A stretch of 43,432 nt of DNA, taken from IMG/VR virus record IMGVR_UViG_3300027834_000003; one strand, written 5' to 3'. This document shows, one piece after another, positions 1-10,200 of this stretch. The stretch is from a virus. Both the position numbers and the translations under genes were made by a program. The notes under the pieces are model-generated. The model was not told where the DNA came from, ran no database searches, and saw only the letters and a list, made by a program, of their open reading frames with translations. Every line of letters begins with the position of its first letter. Position 1 is the first letter of the stretch.

Positions 1-127
1 GATGATGTTTCTGCTTGACTTGAGGTTTTAGCATCCTTACTAGCAAGATTATTTGCTAACCCATCATTTGTTTTTAAACCTCTAACCAGTTTATAATCTA
101 TAAAACCAATAGTACCATATATTGATA
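1..127. repeat. Exact 127-bp copy of 43306-43432, a circular assembly overlap
   Basis: I aligned bases 1-127 (gatgatgtttctgcttgact...catatattgata) with the last 127 bases and they are identical. The repeat lies inside an open reading frame and is in frame with it. Confidence 0.97.
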
Positions 128-854
128 AGGCTTCAGCCATACTCATATCATCATCTATAGCACCAACCGTAGCACCATACCCAACATCTGCACCAGCACT
201 CCAACCAGCGATTTGCTTATTTGCTAATGTTGATAGCTTATCTGCTTTTGATAAAGCTTTAGCACCAGCGTAAGCCATCGGTACTACCCACGTTGTAGGG
301 TCTGTAACAACTTCCGCAGCAAGTGTGTACCAAAAGTTTTCTGAAGATGTCAATGAGCTTTGAACTTTAGCTAAAGACTCTTTTTTCATTTTCTCTAGTG
401 TAGCTAAATCATTAGCATGTTCTAAACTTACAGCATCTTTTACAATACTGTAACTATTGTCATCAAGCCCGTACTGATTTAAAATAAGTTCAACATCATC
501 GTCACCAAAGCTATTTCTAAAACTTTCATCCTCATCTCTTAAGAAAGCATTATCGTACTTGAAATAATCTATAACTCCGGCAGCCATCGTATCTGATGCA
601 ACACCTTTTATACCCTCTACTTTTTCATCAAATCCAGCTTGTTGCACTTTCAGTTGTTTCTCTTGAGACATCTTAGTGATAGCTGTTTGTTGTTGTGCGA
701 ACAAACTTGCTTCATTAGTTGTTGCTTGGAACGATGGTACTATGCGGTCAGTTGTTTCCGTAGCTGGTGATTTACCATTTACAACAGCTACGGCATCTTC
801 TGTCTCTTCAATAGATGCTTCGCTATGTTGGTAGAAATATCCGTTAGCACCCAT
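1..854 (-). CDS. 5' part (N-terminal ~284 codons) of a 1259-aa internal virion/ejection protein, gp16-like by position and size; continues at 43305 after circularisation
   Basis: The ATG at 854-852 overlaps the TAA of the upstream gene (TAATG). I translated the minus strand by hand from 854 to 1 (MGANGYFYQHSEASIEE...SIYGTIGFIDYKLVRGL) and found no stop. The frame is continuous with ORF 40380-43247, since (854+43305-43247) is divisible by 3. Confidence 0.85.
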   Translation of the reverse strand, partial: MGANGYFYQHSEASIEETEDAVAVVNGKSPATETTDRIVPSFQATTNEASLFAQQQTAITKMSQEKQLKVQQAGFDEKVEGIKGVASDTMAAGVIDYFKYDNAFLRDEDESFRNSFGDDDVELILNQYGLDDNSYSIVKDAVSLEHANDLATLEKMKKESLAKVQSSLTSSENFWYTLAAEVVTDPTTWVVPMAYAGAKALSKADKLSTLANKQIAGWSAGADVGYGATVGAIDDDMSMAEALSIYGTIGFIDYKLVRGLKTNDGLANNLASKDAKTSSQAETS

Positions 855-3103
855 TAGTTACTCCTCTTATCAAACAACATATCAAGACCTTTATTTTTGT
901 AAGACGTATTTAACCTAGCTTTCTTCTCTTGGTCAATACCTTTAATCCACTCATCATCATCTATGATAGCTCTACTCACAACAGTACCATTATCAATTAT
1001 TTCTACTATTGTCTGTAAACCGTTTACACCATCGTTTACTTGTCTAGTTTGTATCTTATCAGTTTCATCAACAAAGTCAGTAAAATCTATTTGTAACAAC
1101 TTTGCATTTTCATGTAGCTTAAACTTGATAACATCTATAAGGTTTGTGGTTAACTCACTATCAGTTTTGCTTCCAATAACGGGTTTAGCTAATGCGATTG
1201 ATGAGCCGAATATCGGAAGACCTGATTTATCAAGTACCAACATCTGACCTTTAACACCTTTTTTAACACCATCCACATTTGTATAAGATATTCCGCTAGT
1301 TTTCATATTGTCTAACGCAATATCTAAAGAACCATCACTGAATGTACCCTCACCAACTACCCATCCAAAGAAACCACCACTTAAAACCTCATCAGCCTCA
1401 TCACCATCTCTTAAGCCCATTTCAGCAAGAGCCTCAGTAGTTCTTTTATGTGCTGTTTTAGCACTAGAATTAATGTTAGCACTTGTCATTATTTGTAACT
1501 TTCCTAATATTGTTGAGTCAGTATAAGTTTTTGGGTCTTCTTCTTGTCTCTTAAGCAACTCAGCATAAAATGATTGAACACTTCCCAATGTTTGAGGAGT
1601 TAAACCTTTATAGCTAGTATTACCAGTTGTAGCTTTGTACGATACAGCAAATTGCAGATTGTTTAATAGTTGACCAGCAGTTTTAGCTTTTGTAATGTTA
1701 GCCATATTAGACACTTGTTTCATTGCGTTATTAGCAGAACCTATTGAAACTCCACTAACACCACCATTTTGTAAAGAACCTATCTTTTTAGCCAAATCAC
1801 TTGAAGCGTTTATATCCGCTTCATCGCCACCAAGCAATCCAGTTAACTGTTGGTTAAAATAAGTATGTGTGTACTCATGTAATTCTTTTGGTTTAACTTC
1901 TGCCGGTCTTGTAACTTGTTTAAAACCTGAGAAGCTATCTACTGTTACAGCTATATCACCACCTGAATTTAATATGGCAATATCGTTATTATCACTCCCA
2001 ATAAAAGCATTTAGCTTTCCATCAAGAAAATTCTTTTTCTCTGTTACTACAGCTAAATCAACTTGTCTATCTCTGTATTGAGGCAACTTCGCACAAGCCT
2101 TATCGTTACCACGTGAACACGCTGTGGCAACTTCGGACATTTGTAAAGTCAATTCTTTATCTGTATTAGCAATGGTTTTAAGACCCATAGATGTAGTTAT
2201 AGCATCTACGCTTTTTAATATTGTTCCATCAATAGCTGGTGTTCTTCCTTTTTTCGGAGCGAAAGAATCTATCCACCCGTTAAAAGACTTTTTCATTGCT
2301 TCGTAAGCTTTATCGCCCATATCACTATGTTGTCTATTAAACTCACCATTAGTTCTTGTAGCGAAAGGAGCATAGGTATCATTAAATACTCTATCTAAAC
2401 CATCTTGAGTAAGAAGCCCGTCCTCTAAGTATTGTTTTAATGCAACGCTATCCATTCCATCTTTAAACTCATCAGTGAATGATGAGTTTAATCCGACAGC
2501 TGTCTCATTCCATATTAACTGTGGGTCTTCACCAATACCTACAAGTCTTTCTTGCCAAGCTCTAATATTCTTCTCAGTGTAAACACCGCTTGTTGCTGTC
2601 ATTTCAGCTTGAATATTACGTTTCTCTTCTTTTTTAAATAGGTCGTTCCCTAATGACTTATTAGCTTCTTTATTCTGAAATAAGTCGTTGGTAGCTGGGA
2701 TAGCGTATGTATCTTTAAAGGCTTGGTTAGCAAGGTCGTTACCACTGAAAGAACCCTTTTGCATATAGTCTTCATAGATACCTTGTTCAAGACGAGTTTT
2801 TTCACGCATCTCAGCAGAAGTAACATCGGGTCTATCATAGAATTGAGCTATCTTACTCATCTCTTTTTTATACTCTACAAGGTTATCTGTACCAACTCTT
2901 TTACCAGCGTACTCTGAAGCCTCTTGATGTGAGCCTACAACAGCACCAAACATCTTTTCAATGTCTTTAGTTAACGCTTCCGACTTGTCCACAATTTGAG
3001 TTGCTTGTATATTCGTACCACCAGCAGAACCTACTGAACCTGATTGTGCTGAACCTACATTTGTTGTCTGTTGTGTTTGTGCTAATTCGCTAAGTGTTGG
3101 CAT
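854..3103 (-). CDS. Internal virion (core) protein, T7 gp15-like by position
   Basis: 749-aa ORF in the block between the virion genes and the terminase. GGAGAA RBS sits in the end of the upstream gene. Gly/Ser/Gln-rich N-terminus. No enzymatic motif seen. Confidence 0.7.
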   Translation of the reverse strand: MPTLSELAQTQQTTNVGSAQSGSVGSAGGTNIQATQIVDKSEALTKDIEKMFGAVVGSHQEASEYAGKRVGTDNLVEYKKEMSKIAQFYDRPDVTSAEMREKTRLEQGIYEDYMQKGSFSGNDLANQAFKDTYAIPATNDLFQNKEANKSLGNDLFKKEEKRNIQAEMTATSGVYTEKNIRAWQERLVGIGEDPQLIWNETAVGLNSSFTDEFKDGMDSVALKQYLEDGLLTQDGLDRVFNDTYAPFATRTNGEFNRQHSDMGDKAYEAMKKSFNGWIDSFAPKKGRTPAIDGTILKSVDAITTSMGLKTIANTDKELTLQMSEVATACSRGNDKACAKLPQYRDRQVDLAVVTEKKNFLDGKLNAFIGSDNNDIAILNSGGDIAVTVDSFSGFKQVTRPAEVKPKELHEYTHTYFNQQLTGLLGGDEADINASSDLAKKIGSLQNGGVSGVSIGSANNAMKQVSNMANITKAKTAGQLLNNLQFAVSYKATTGNTSYKGLTPQTLGSVQSFYAELLKRQEEDPKTYTDSTILGKLQIMTSANINSSAKTAHKRTTEALAEMGLRDGDEADEVLSGGFFGWVVGEGTFSDGSLDIALDNMKTSGISYTNVDGVKKGVKGQMLVLDKSGLPIFGSSIALAKPVIGSKTDSELTTNLIDVIKFKLHENAKLLQIDFTDFVDETDKIQTRQVNDGVNGLQTIVEIIDNGTVVSRAIIDDDEWIKGIDQEKKARLNTSYKNKGLDMLFDKRSN

Positions 3104-3105
3104 TA

Positions 3106-3756
3106 TTATTCTCCATCAGGCTTTATTCCAAAAGCCTCTACTCTTTCTGACATTGGTATCATTCCTAACACATCAGTAACTCCACCCATTCCACCAGCTA
3201 TACCAGCTAGTAATGGGTCAGTACCTATCTCAACCCCACCACCAAGCAATGTTGAATCGATTGTATTTTTAATACCGACCTCTGCAATGTCCATACCTAT
3301 AAATATATTTCTACGTTGTTGTCTAGCAGAACTTACAATATTTGCTTTGTCCATATTCTCATTTATAAACGCTTCTTTAACAGCCATATCTGTAGTACCA
3401 CCACTCGTACCAGTTTCAGCGGAAGCAGCTTTAAGCAGTGAGGCTTCTTTCATTGCATTTAGACCACGCTCAGAAAGTTTGTCTCCAAGCACATGATTAA
3501 TATTTTCTACTTGTTCTTTATTCTTAACTTGTTGTAGCTCGAAGCTAGTGACAGCATTACCAACATTTTGTATAGCAGCGTTAGTACGGGCATTTAACTC
3601 AGCTTTAAAAGCTTTAGTAGCCATTTGGTCGCCGACAACACTGGATATTGCAGATATACCAGCAGCGTATGGTGCATAGTTGTTCCCACTACCACCTATT
3701 GAAGTTAAATCAGGAGCATCTTGTACTCCTCGTGATTGCAAAGACGCTAAAGCCAT
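3106..3756 (-). CDS. Internal virion protein, gp14-like by position
   Basis: 216-aa ORF, Ala/Gly-rich with hydrophobic Gly-rich C-terminal segments. It immediately precedes the 749-aa core protein gene. Confidence 0.6.
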   Translation of the reverse strand: MALASLQSRGVQDAPDLTSIGGSGNNYAPYAAGISAISSVVGDQMATKAFKAELNARTNAAIQNVGNAVTSFELQQVKNKEQVENINHVLGDKLSERGLNAMKEASLLKAASAETGTSGGTTDMAVKEAFINENMDKANIVSSARQQRRNIFIGMDIAEVGIKNTIDSTLLGGGVEIGTDPLLAGIAGGMGGVTDVLGMIPMSERVEAFGIKPDGE

Positions 3757-3813
3757 AACTTATCCTTTGTGTAATTTTATCATAATTCCCTCCAAAGAGG
3801 AAACTAAATAAAA

Positions 3814-4905
3814 TCATGTCTCTATAGAAACAGATTTAATATAGAATATAGCTGTATCAAATGTAACGTCAATAGCCTCTGAACCATATACTCTGATTTT
3901 ATGCACATTCCCAGCAGCCTCATCTATTGGGTATGAGAAACTTAATGAATCCTCAGTTGCATTTCTTGGTATATTTTTAGCATAAGTATAATGTATTTCA
4001 GCACCAGTTTCATCATACAACTCAAGAGAGATAGTTCTTGTAGTAGTTGTTGATGGGAATGATATATTAGCTGTAAACACAGCCTCATACTTACCATCAT
4101 TAGGTAATGTTATTGTACCGAGAGTTAAATCAGCGGTAGTTACAATTTCTTCTTTAGCAACATAGTTTGTAATATCTACAGCAGATGTGGTCACATTAAT
4201 TAAAGGTGTGGTCAATTCTCTCATCTCAGCATACACTGTTGGTATATTTTGATTAGGAGTTATGTCTAGTCTAAGTACACCGACAGTTGCATCAGCTACA
4301 AACACACCACCAACAACTGTCTTAATAGCTGGAATAGTTGATGAATATGTACCAGCAACAGTATCACTTAGGTATTGTGGAACACCGACAGCTAACCCAT
4401 TAGTATTAAGATTAGTTAAAATACCTCTAGTTGCAACAGCACTTTCAGCACCATTAGGAATATCAATAACAGCTACACCAAGAACTCTAGCATGTGCAAA
4501 TGTGTCAGCAAGTGCTTTAACAACTTGTATGATACCACCTGAAACACCAGCAGCCCTTACAGCCATTCCAGCTTCAATGGTCGCACCTGAGTTATTAATA
4601 ACATGCACATGTTCACCGTGACCCGGCTGTACCTCAATACCCTCAAATGGACCCATTAAATTGAACGTTTCAGTGTTTTCGTCATAGTAAAATCTACCCT
4701 TAGAGTATGCAACTGGGTCTAGTTGCGGTTCCATATCAGCGTAAACAGCTGGTGCTGTCAATACAGCTAGTGTAGATGTGTTTGTATTAACTTGGGCTAT
4801 AGCTAAATCTATATTGGCAAACGCTGTATCAAAACTATCCGACACATTCTGTCCACTTGATGTTAAATCAACTATAGATGACCATGCTGTTAAACTTAAA
4901 GCCAT
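3814..4905 (-). CDS. Virion protein of unknown role (possible second fibre or receptor-binding protein)
   Basis: 363-aa ORF, beta-rich and Thr/Val/Gly/Ala-rich, with no recognisable motif. It lies between the endolysin and the internal virion proteins. Confidence 0.5.
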   Translation of the reverse strand: MALSLTAWSSIVDLTSSGQNVSDSFDTAFANIDLAIAQVNTNTSTLAVLTAPAVYADMEPQLDPVAYSKGRFYYDENTETFNLMGPFEGIEVQPGHGEHVHVINNSGATIEAGMAVRAAGVSGGIIQVVKALADTFAHARVLGVAVIDIPNGAESAVATRGILTNLNTNGLAVGVPQYLSDTVAGTYSSTIPAIKTVVGGVFVADATVGVLRLDITPNQNIPTVYAEMRELTTPLINVTTSAVDITNYVAKEEIVTTADLTLGTITLPNDGKYEAVFTANISFPSTTTTRTISLELYDETGAEIHYTYAKNIPRNATEDSLSFSYPIDEAAGNVHKIRVYGSEAIDVTFDTAIFYIKSVSIET

Positions 4906-4951
4906 AATTTATCCTTTTATTTAGATTCGATTAGCTAATTATAGCAGAAAC

Positions 4952-5326
4952 TTACAGACTTATAGAAGTCAAGTATTGTTCTACATTGAAATTAGGACAT
5001 GACTTTTCTTTATTGACTGCGTAATGCCCTACAACCTCGTTATGTTTATACCCATGACCTTTTAGTAATCCCTCGAGAGCAATAAACTGAGAGTGAGTAA
5101 ACTTGTCATCACCAATAAGGCAAATGCCAACAGCATCATTATAACCTTTAGCATGAGAACCTTTCCAATATTCAGGTCTTCCGTTTTCGATAGTACCATC
5201 TTCTAGGATTACATAATGATAACCTATACCATCCCAACCTCTTTCTAAGTGCCAGTTATGTATAGTCTCAGCGTTATCACCTCTACCTTGTGGTGAGTCT
5301 GAGCAATGTATTACAGCTTTAATCAT
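4952..5326 (-). CDS. N-acetylmuramoyl-L-alanine amidase endolysin (Amidase_2/PGRP, T7 lysozyme type)
   Basis: 124 aa. IHCSDSP...HNWH...GWDGIGYHYVI...GSHAKGYN...GICLIGD...VVGHY...SCPNF matches the zinc-ligand His/His/Cys and Tyr pattern of T7 gp3.5-type amidases. Confidence 0.9.
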   Translation of the reverse strand: MIKAVIHCSDSPQGRGDNAETIHNWHLERGWDGIGYHYVILEDGTIENGRPEYWKGSHAKGYNDAVGICLIGDDKFTHSQFIALEGLLKGHGYKHNEVVGHYAVNKEKSCPNFNVEQYLTSISL

Positions 5327-5391
5327 CTTATTTTCTCGTTCTTGGTTTTACTTTTCCAGTTGATTTCTTTCTTGGTTTTGGCTTTACCATT

Positions 5392-5889
5392 TTATTTTCC
5401 TTTAGCGTGTATTTGATTCACAACTCTAGTCATTTGCATTTCCAAAGTGTTTAGTCTTCCTTGTGCTTCGGTCACTTGCTTGGGTAAGTTCTCTCTAAAA
5501 ATCATCCATCTTAGAGTTTCTTCATTACTATCTACACTTTTCCCTAGTCCTGATAACTCTATTCTAGTGAGTTGGTTTTGATTAGCATTTTCCATACTAT
5601 TATTTTGTACCACAGCTAATGTTTGTGATACTTGTGTCAATGCAGTTATAACCGGTGCATTTGCAGAATTAGTCATATATATCATACTACCAAATATTAG
5701 AGCTAATATACTCAGTATTGACAATGCGATACCAATATACCCAGCAACTCCTATTGGTTTAGGTTGATTCTTTTCAATATAACTATCAAACTTATCAAAT
5801 AGGGTCTTAACTAAAGTATTAAGCGTGTGAACTTCTGACTCTAACTTACCTATCTTACCTGATTGTTCTAACTCATCACCGTTAGCCAT
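5392..5889 (-). CDS. Membrane-anchored coiled-coil protein, function unknown
   Basis: 165 aa with one central TM helix (IGVAGYIGIALSILSILALIFGSMIYM) flanked by heptad-like segments. It lies between the spanins and the amidase. Confidence 0.6.
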   Translation of the reverse strand: MANGDELEQSGKIGKLESEVHTLNTLVKTLFDKFDSYIEKNQPKPIGVAGYIGIALSILSILALIFGSMIYMTNSANAPVITALTQVSQTLAVVQNNSMENANQNQLTRIELSGLGKSVDSNEETLRWMIFRENLPKQVTEAQGRLNTLEMQMTRVVNQIHAKGK

Positions 5890-5938
5890 TGTTTACCCTT
5901 ATTTGAATATATTAATCGTATGATAACATAATACTAAA

Positions 5939-6172
5939 CTATTTACATACCTTTGAATTTTTCTTTAACTCAATTATACATTCCATCATTCTTATTGGCT
6001 TCTCTAAAAGAGTAGCATCTTTCCATTTACAACCAATAGGTTCAGGAACTATGCACTTTTGAGGCACATTAACAATAACTTCTTTATCTACGTACTTTAT
6101 CTCTTTCTTACAACAACCGCTAAAGGTTATCGTAATCAATAGTGCTGAGAGAATCCACAATACTTTTAACAT
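5939..6172 (-). CDS. o-spanin (outer-membrane lipoprotein, Rz1-like)
   Basis: MLKVLWILSALLITITFSGC is a signal peptide plus lipobox Cys. The ATG at 6172 has an AAGGTG RBS, whereas the ORF-track start at 6187 is GTG. The 5' end overlaps the i-spanin 3' end by 53 nt in another frame. Confidence 0.8.
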   Translation of the reverse strand: MLKVLWILSALLITITFSGCCKKEIKYVDKEVIVNVPQKCIVPEPIGCKWKDATLLEKPIRMMECIIELKKNSKVCK

Positions 6173-6497
6173 CTTCACACCTTTCACTTGATAGATTTAT
6201 ATCTGCTGGTATAGTTTTATAAATTACTTCATACCTAACTTCTTCAGGTTTATTCTTCCAAGTCTCTAACTCTATCATAGACTCATTTATATCAACACGA
6301 AGATTACCTATTGCAATATTCTGTCTAGCTAAAGAACTAGAGCAAGTATTATAATTAGCTTTAGATAGAATAATCTCATTCTGCTGCTTAAGTATTGTCG
6401 CATCTCTATTATCTATTTTAGTGTCCATCACAAACCAGCCACCAAACAGTGTCGTAGCTAAACCAGCAATAACATATTCTTGAATACCTAACATCAT
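6120..6497 (-). CDS. i-spanin (Rz-like)
   Basis: 125 aa with an N-terminal TM helix (VIAGLATTLFGGWFVM) followed by coiled-coil-like periplasmic sequence. The gene overlaps the lipoprotein gene. Confidence 0.75.
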   Translation of the reverse strand: MMLGIQEYVIAGLATTLFGGWFVMDTKIDNRDATILKQQNEIILSKANYNTCSSSLARQNIAIGNLRVDINESMIELETWKNKPEEVRYEVIYKTIPADINLSSERCEDVKSIVDSLSTIDYDNL

Positions 6498-6703
6498 GCT
6501 TCAACCTTACTTTGGAATATGAATTTTAATACCAATACTAATACACCGTATGTTGAAGCAACTACACCAGCAAATTGCATAGTGAGTTTACCAGCAAGTT
6601 CTAGCTCATACGCTTTCATAGACATATCATAAGTACCCAACATCACTAAAGCAATTATGATATATCTGATTATCTCTTTATATATTACTGGTATCATAAC
6701 CAT
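6494..6703 (-). CDS. Holin, two TM helices
   Basis: 69 aa with two hydrophobic helices and a charged C-terminus. It lies directly upstream of the spanins, and the ATGA-type overlaps on both sides suggest translational coupling. Confidence 0.7.
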   Translation of the reverse strand: MVMIPVIYKEIIRYIIIALVMLGTYDMSMKAYELELAGKLTMQFAGVVASTYGVLVLVLKFIFQSKVEA

Positions 6704-6912
6704 CCCCTATCAAATCTGTACCAACCCAATACTCTAACACCTAAGAACATAAGTATTGCTATTGGCTTAGACTTTTGCTTAACACACTGATATAAATACT
6801 TATCAGCTTGAAACCTAGATACTGTACTCATAGTTGAATAATGAAAATCATGTGCTTGACAGCAGTGACCCCAATTACCCTCAAACCATGCAGTACAGTA
6901 ATCTTTAACCAT
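6694..6912 (-). CDS. Small membrane-anchored protein with a phospholipase-A2-like CC-x2-HD motif
   Basis: 72 aa: DYCTAWFEGNWGHCCQAHDFHY...ADKYLYQCV, then a hydrophobic helix PIAILMFLGVRVLGW. It overlaps the holin start by 10 nt. Confidence 0.6.
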   Translation of the reverse strand: MVKDYCTAWFEGNWGHCCQAHDFHYSTMSTVSRFQADKYLYQCVKQKSKPIAILMFLGVRVLGWYRFDRGWL

Positions 6913-6914
6913 TA

Positions 6915-7250
6915 TTATCCACCTATAATAGTTCCCTTAGCTTGTAGTCCAAGCATCCTAGCTTCTTTCATTTCAGCCAAAGTAACCAAAGTAAAACCTT
7001 GAACTGGTAGCTTCCACATAACTTCTGTCTGACCAGTCTCACCAGCAATAGCAATAGCATCTGTCATATCGGCTCTACTGATTGGGTCAGCATAGAATTG
7101 TTTACCATTAGTAATAGTAACAACTATGCTCATTATTGACTCTTCTTTAACTTTATCTTTCTCAGATATTCCATCTTCCAATACTTGAGAGTAAGTAACC
7201 GGTTTAACTAGAAACTTATCTCTTTTTCTTGCATTTTTTTTATACTTCAT
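6915..7250 (-). CDS. Hypothetical protein downstream of the tail fibre (possible fibre assembly or adaptor protein)
   Basis: I moved the start to the second ATG (7250). It has a GAGGGAG RBS and lies 1 nt after the fibre stop. 111 aa. Confidence 0.6.
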   Translation of the reverse strand: MKYKKNARKRDKFLVKPVTYSQVLEDGISEKDKVKEESIMSIVVTITNGKQFYADPISRADMTDAIAIAGETGQTEVMWKLPVQGFTLVTLAEMKEARMLGLQAKGTIIGG

Positions 7251-7251
7251 C

Positions 7252-10200
7252 TTATACTCCCTCTTCATATAGTGCTGAGTAAATAGCTGTTGTCTTAGTA
7301 TCTACATCTTTGTGTTTAGCTATAAATCCTAAGTTAATTCCAGCATTAGCTGATATACCAGTAGCATCATGTATCTCTTTTACTGCTACAATAGGTACAT
7401 ACCCATTTTCCAATACCGATGCATCATCAAGTACACTTACACAATCACCACCACCGGATTTTAACAATATGTAAATAGTACCAACAGTTGCAGTATAGGG
7501 ATATTGATATAATCCAGCAGATAAAGCACCACTATTAACTATTTCAGAACCACCCTCAGTAGTTCCTATAAAAATTCTTGTATCATTTGTACTACTACTA
7601 ATTATATCAACACTAATATCATAATCTTTACCTATTTCAAGTGATATGGCTTGTGATATTTGTTCTATTGAAGTACCGCTTCTTGTTAATGTCAGTTGTC
7701 CACCAGAAACATTTGAAGCATCAACTGTTTCTAACACAGATAAATCAGTCCATCCAGTTACATCTGTGTCAAAAGTGCCATTTACTACAAGTTCAGGTGC
7801 AGTAAGCTGACCCTCAAATGTATGACCAGTAGCACTTTTAACTAATACTTCATAATTAGCACCATTATCATAAGTTAACTCCAAAGATGTATTATCTTGT
7901 TCACAAGCAAATGTAGGAGTGAAAGCTTGACCATGAGTAAAGTTTGTTTTAGCTTCTATAAGTTCTATCTCTTCTTGTTGAACATAAGTAGCATCACCAT
8001 TATTTGCAGTACAATCTATTCTATAATATAGATAAGCTGTATCATTCACAAATGTAAAAGTTTTGATAGCTGGATGAGCCCAATCAGTAATTCCTACTTG
8101 AGTTGATAACACTACTTCTTCGCCACCCCAAGCACCAGTGTTGGATGCCTCAATAGTAAAGTCTTTCATACCTCTTGAGTCTCTAGTTATTGATGTTTGC
8201 ATTGTAATCTTGTTAATTACAATAGCTGTACCATACTGCATCTGAATCCAACCAGTAGTTACACTGTTTGTTACCCAACCATTAGCTAAACTATCAGCAA
8301 ATGCATTCCAAGCTTCTTTACCAGCTAACTCAGTAGAAGCACTAGCTATATAATCAGGTGAAGATGATGTATTACTTGATAATGTAGGAACTGTATCAAC
8401 AGTATTAGCATTTAAGCTACCATCAGAATAAGTAGCACCAGTTAGTACAACACTCTCAAAGTCTGTACCATCTCCTAGATAAATTGTATCTGTAACTAGA
8501 TGTTCTCCATTTAGCAGTAGGTCAGTAGCATCAGCACTATATAGAATATCAGGCAACTCACTTGTTAGAAATGCACCAGCTTGAGCACCATTCCAATTAC
8601 CCTCACCATCTGTTTTAGCTACTATAGCTGATGTGTATATAGCTTGATTTCCAAAAGTTAAATCATTCCATTCTAAATAACCAACTGGAGGTGTATATGC
8701 AAAGTCGCTTGTACTTAAATACATCTCTACTGTTTCAGTAGTACCTATAATTGCACTTGCTGGAGCATAAGAAACACCACTTGGTATTGTATATGCTGAG
8801 TTTTGTAACACATCATTTTTTCTAATCTCAACTGTATTAGCATCTAAGTCAAAAGCAAAACTAATTACATCACCGACATTATATGCTGTACCGGCAGTTT
8901 GAGCTATTTGATTTATCTTTAATGTTCCGTCTGTGTGGTATGCTATTGAATTTACTGCATTTCTAAGAGCGCCATTAACAAGAGCTACCGAGTCATCACA
9001 AGCCCCAGTTTCTGTTACTACATCATGAGCTGTAAGTTTTTGCTCATAGTAAAATTTACCAGTAGATTTAACTAAGTTAGCAACCTTACCTTGAGTGTAA
9101 TTTGAACTTTGTGATGTTGTGAATACGACATGTTTATCTACAGTATAGATGTCAGAATCTGCATCAACATCTTCACCAATAGGTATTATTCCAATTATAC
9201 CATCAGCAACAATTCCCTCATCTCCAACTGTTGTATCTATGTAACCAGCAACAACAGTAGGTATATTAGTAGCATTAAATCCACTACCACTTACATCTAT
9301 GTAATAGTCTGTATCAGGTACTTGTACTAGATTAAGTACATCAAAAATATGTACTGCATCTTCTGATGGAATATTACCACCTGACTCTGCTCTTATACTT
9401 ACTGTATGGTCTAACTCATCTTCTGTTACACCACCAACACTAACTGTAATCTCATCAGCAACTCTAACGGCTGTACCACTTGTAGTTACTGGGTCTGAAT
9501 ATTCAAGACCAGCATCATAATTAGTAATAGTAATAACTAAATCACTATTTTCATTTGCTGAACTAGCACCTGACAGTGTAGGTATAGGTGTTCTCATCAC
9601 ATCCCAATACGCATCAGTTCCATCGGTTGCTAATACACCACCATCTTTACCAGTTTGTACTGGAAGACCTGAAGAAGCACCAGCTACTATAGAGCTATGT
9701 AATGATGAGTATTCTATCGGATTTGTAGGAGTATATGTAAAGTTACCATCACCATCAGATGTTACAATATTAACTGGAACACCATAAGCTTCAGTAGCAT
9801 AACTTTCAGCTGTAAGCTTTTCCGCTTCTGCTTCCCAAGCACTCAACTGAGCATTTGTCTCACTTGTAGCAGCAGCAACCTCTGAGTTACCAGCATTTGT
9901 TTCACTTGTAGCAGCAGCACTAGCTGAATCTATAGCATCTGTAGCATTAGTTAGAGCATTTAAGATAGCACTATCTGTGGGTTGGTTAGTACCAGCCCCC
10001 AAAGCGATATCATCTCCAACAAGATTTACATTTACACTATCTCCGGCAACAGTAACAACCTCATCTGCAATACCAGCAACGGTAACTATCTCATTTGCGA
10101 TACCAGCAACAGTTGATATATCACTAGGAGCATCATTAAGCTCATCAGGTGTGTCTGCTACACGAACTTCTAACTGTTTATATGTAGCAGTATCAAGTAA

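Noticed and set aside
5328-5390. 20-codon highly basic micro-ORF (MVKPKPRKKSTGKVKPRTRK) filling the gap before the amidase gene
   Set aside because: It has an AAGGAAA-like RBS, but it is too short and low-complexity to call. It may simply be a spacer that happens to be open. It is noted in case Ribo-seq data exist.
9851-10110. Tail-fibre internal repeats as a diversity-generating retroelement (template/variable repeat pair)
   Set aside because: There is no reverse transcriptase anywhere in the genome. The repeats are adjacent in-frame tandem units without adenine-specific mismatches.
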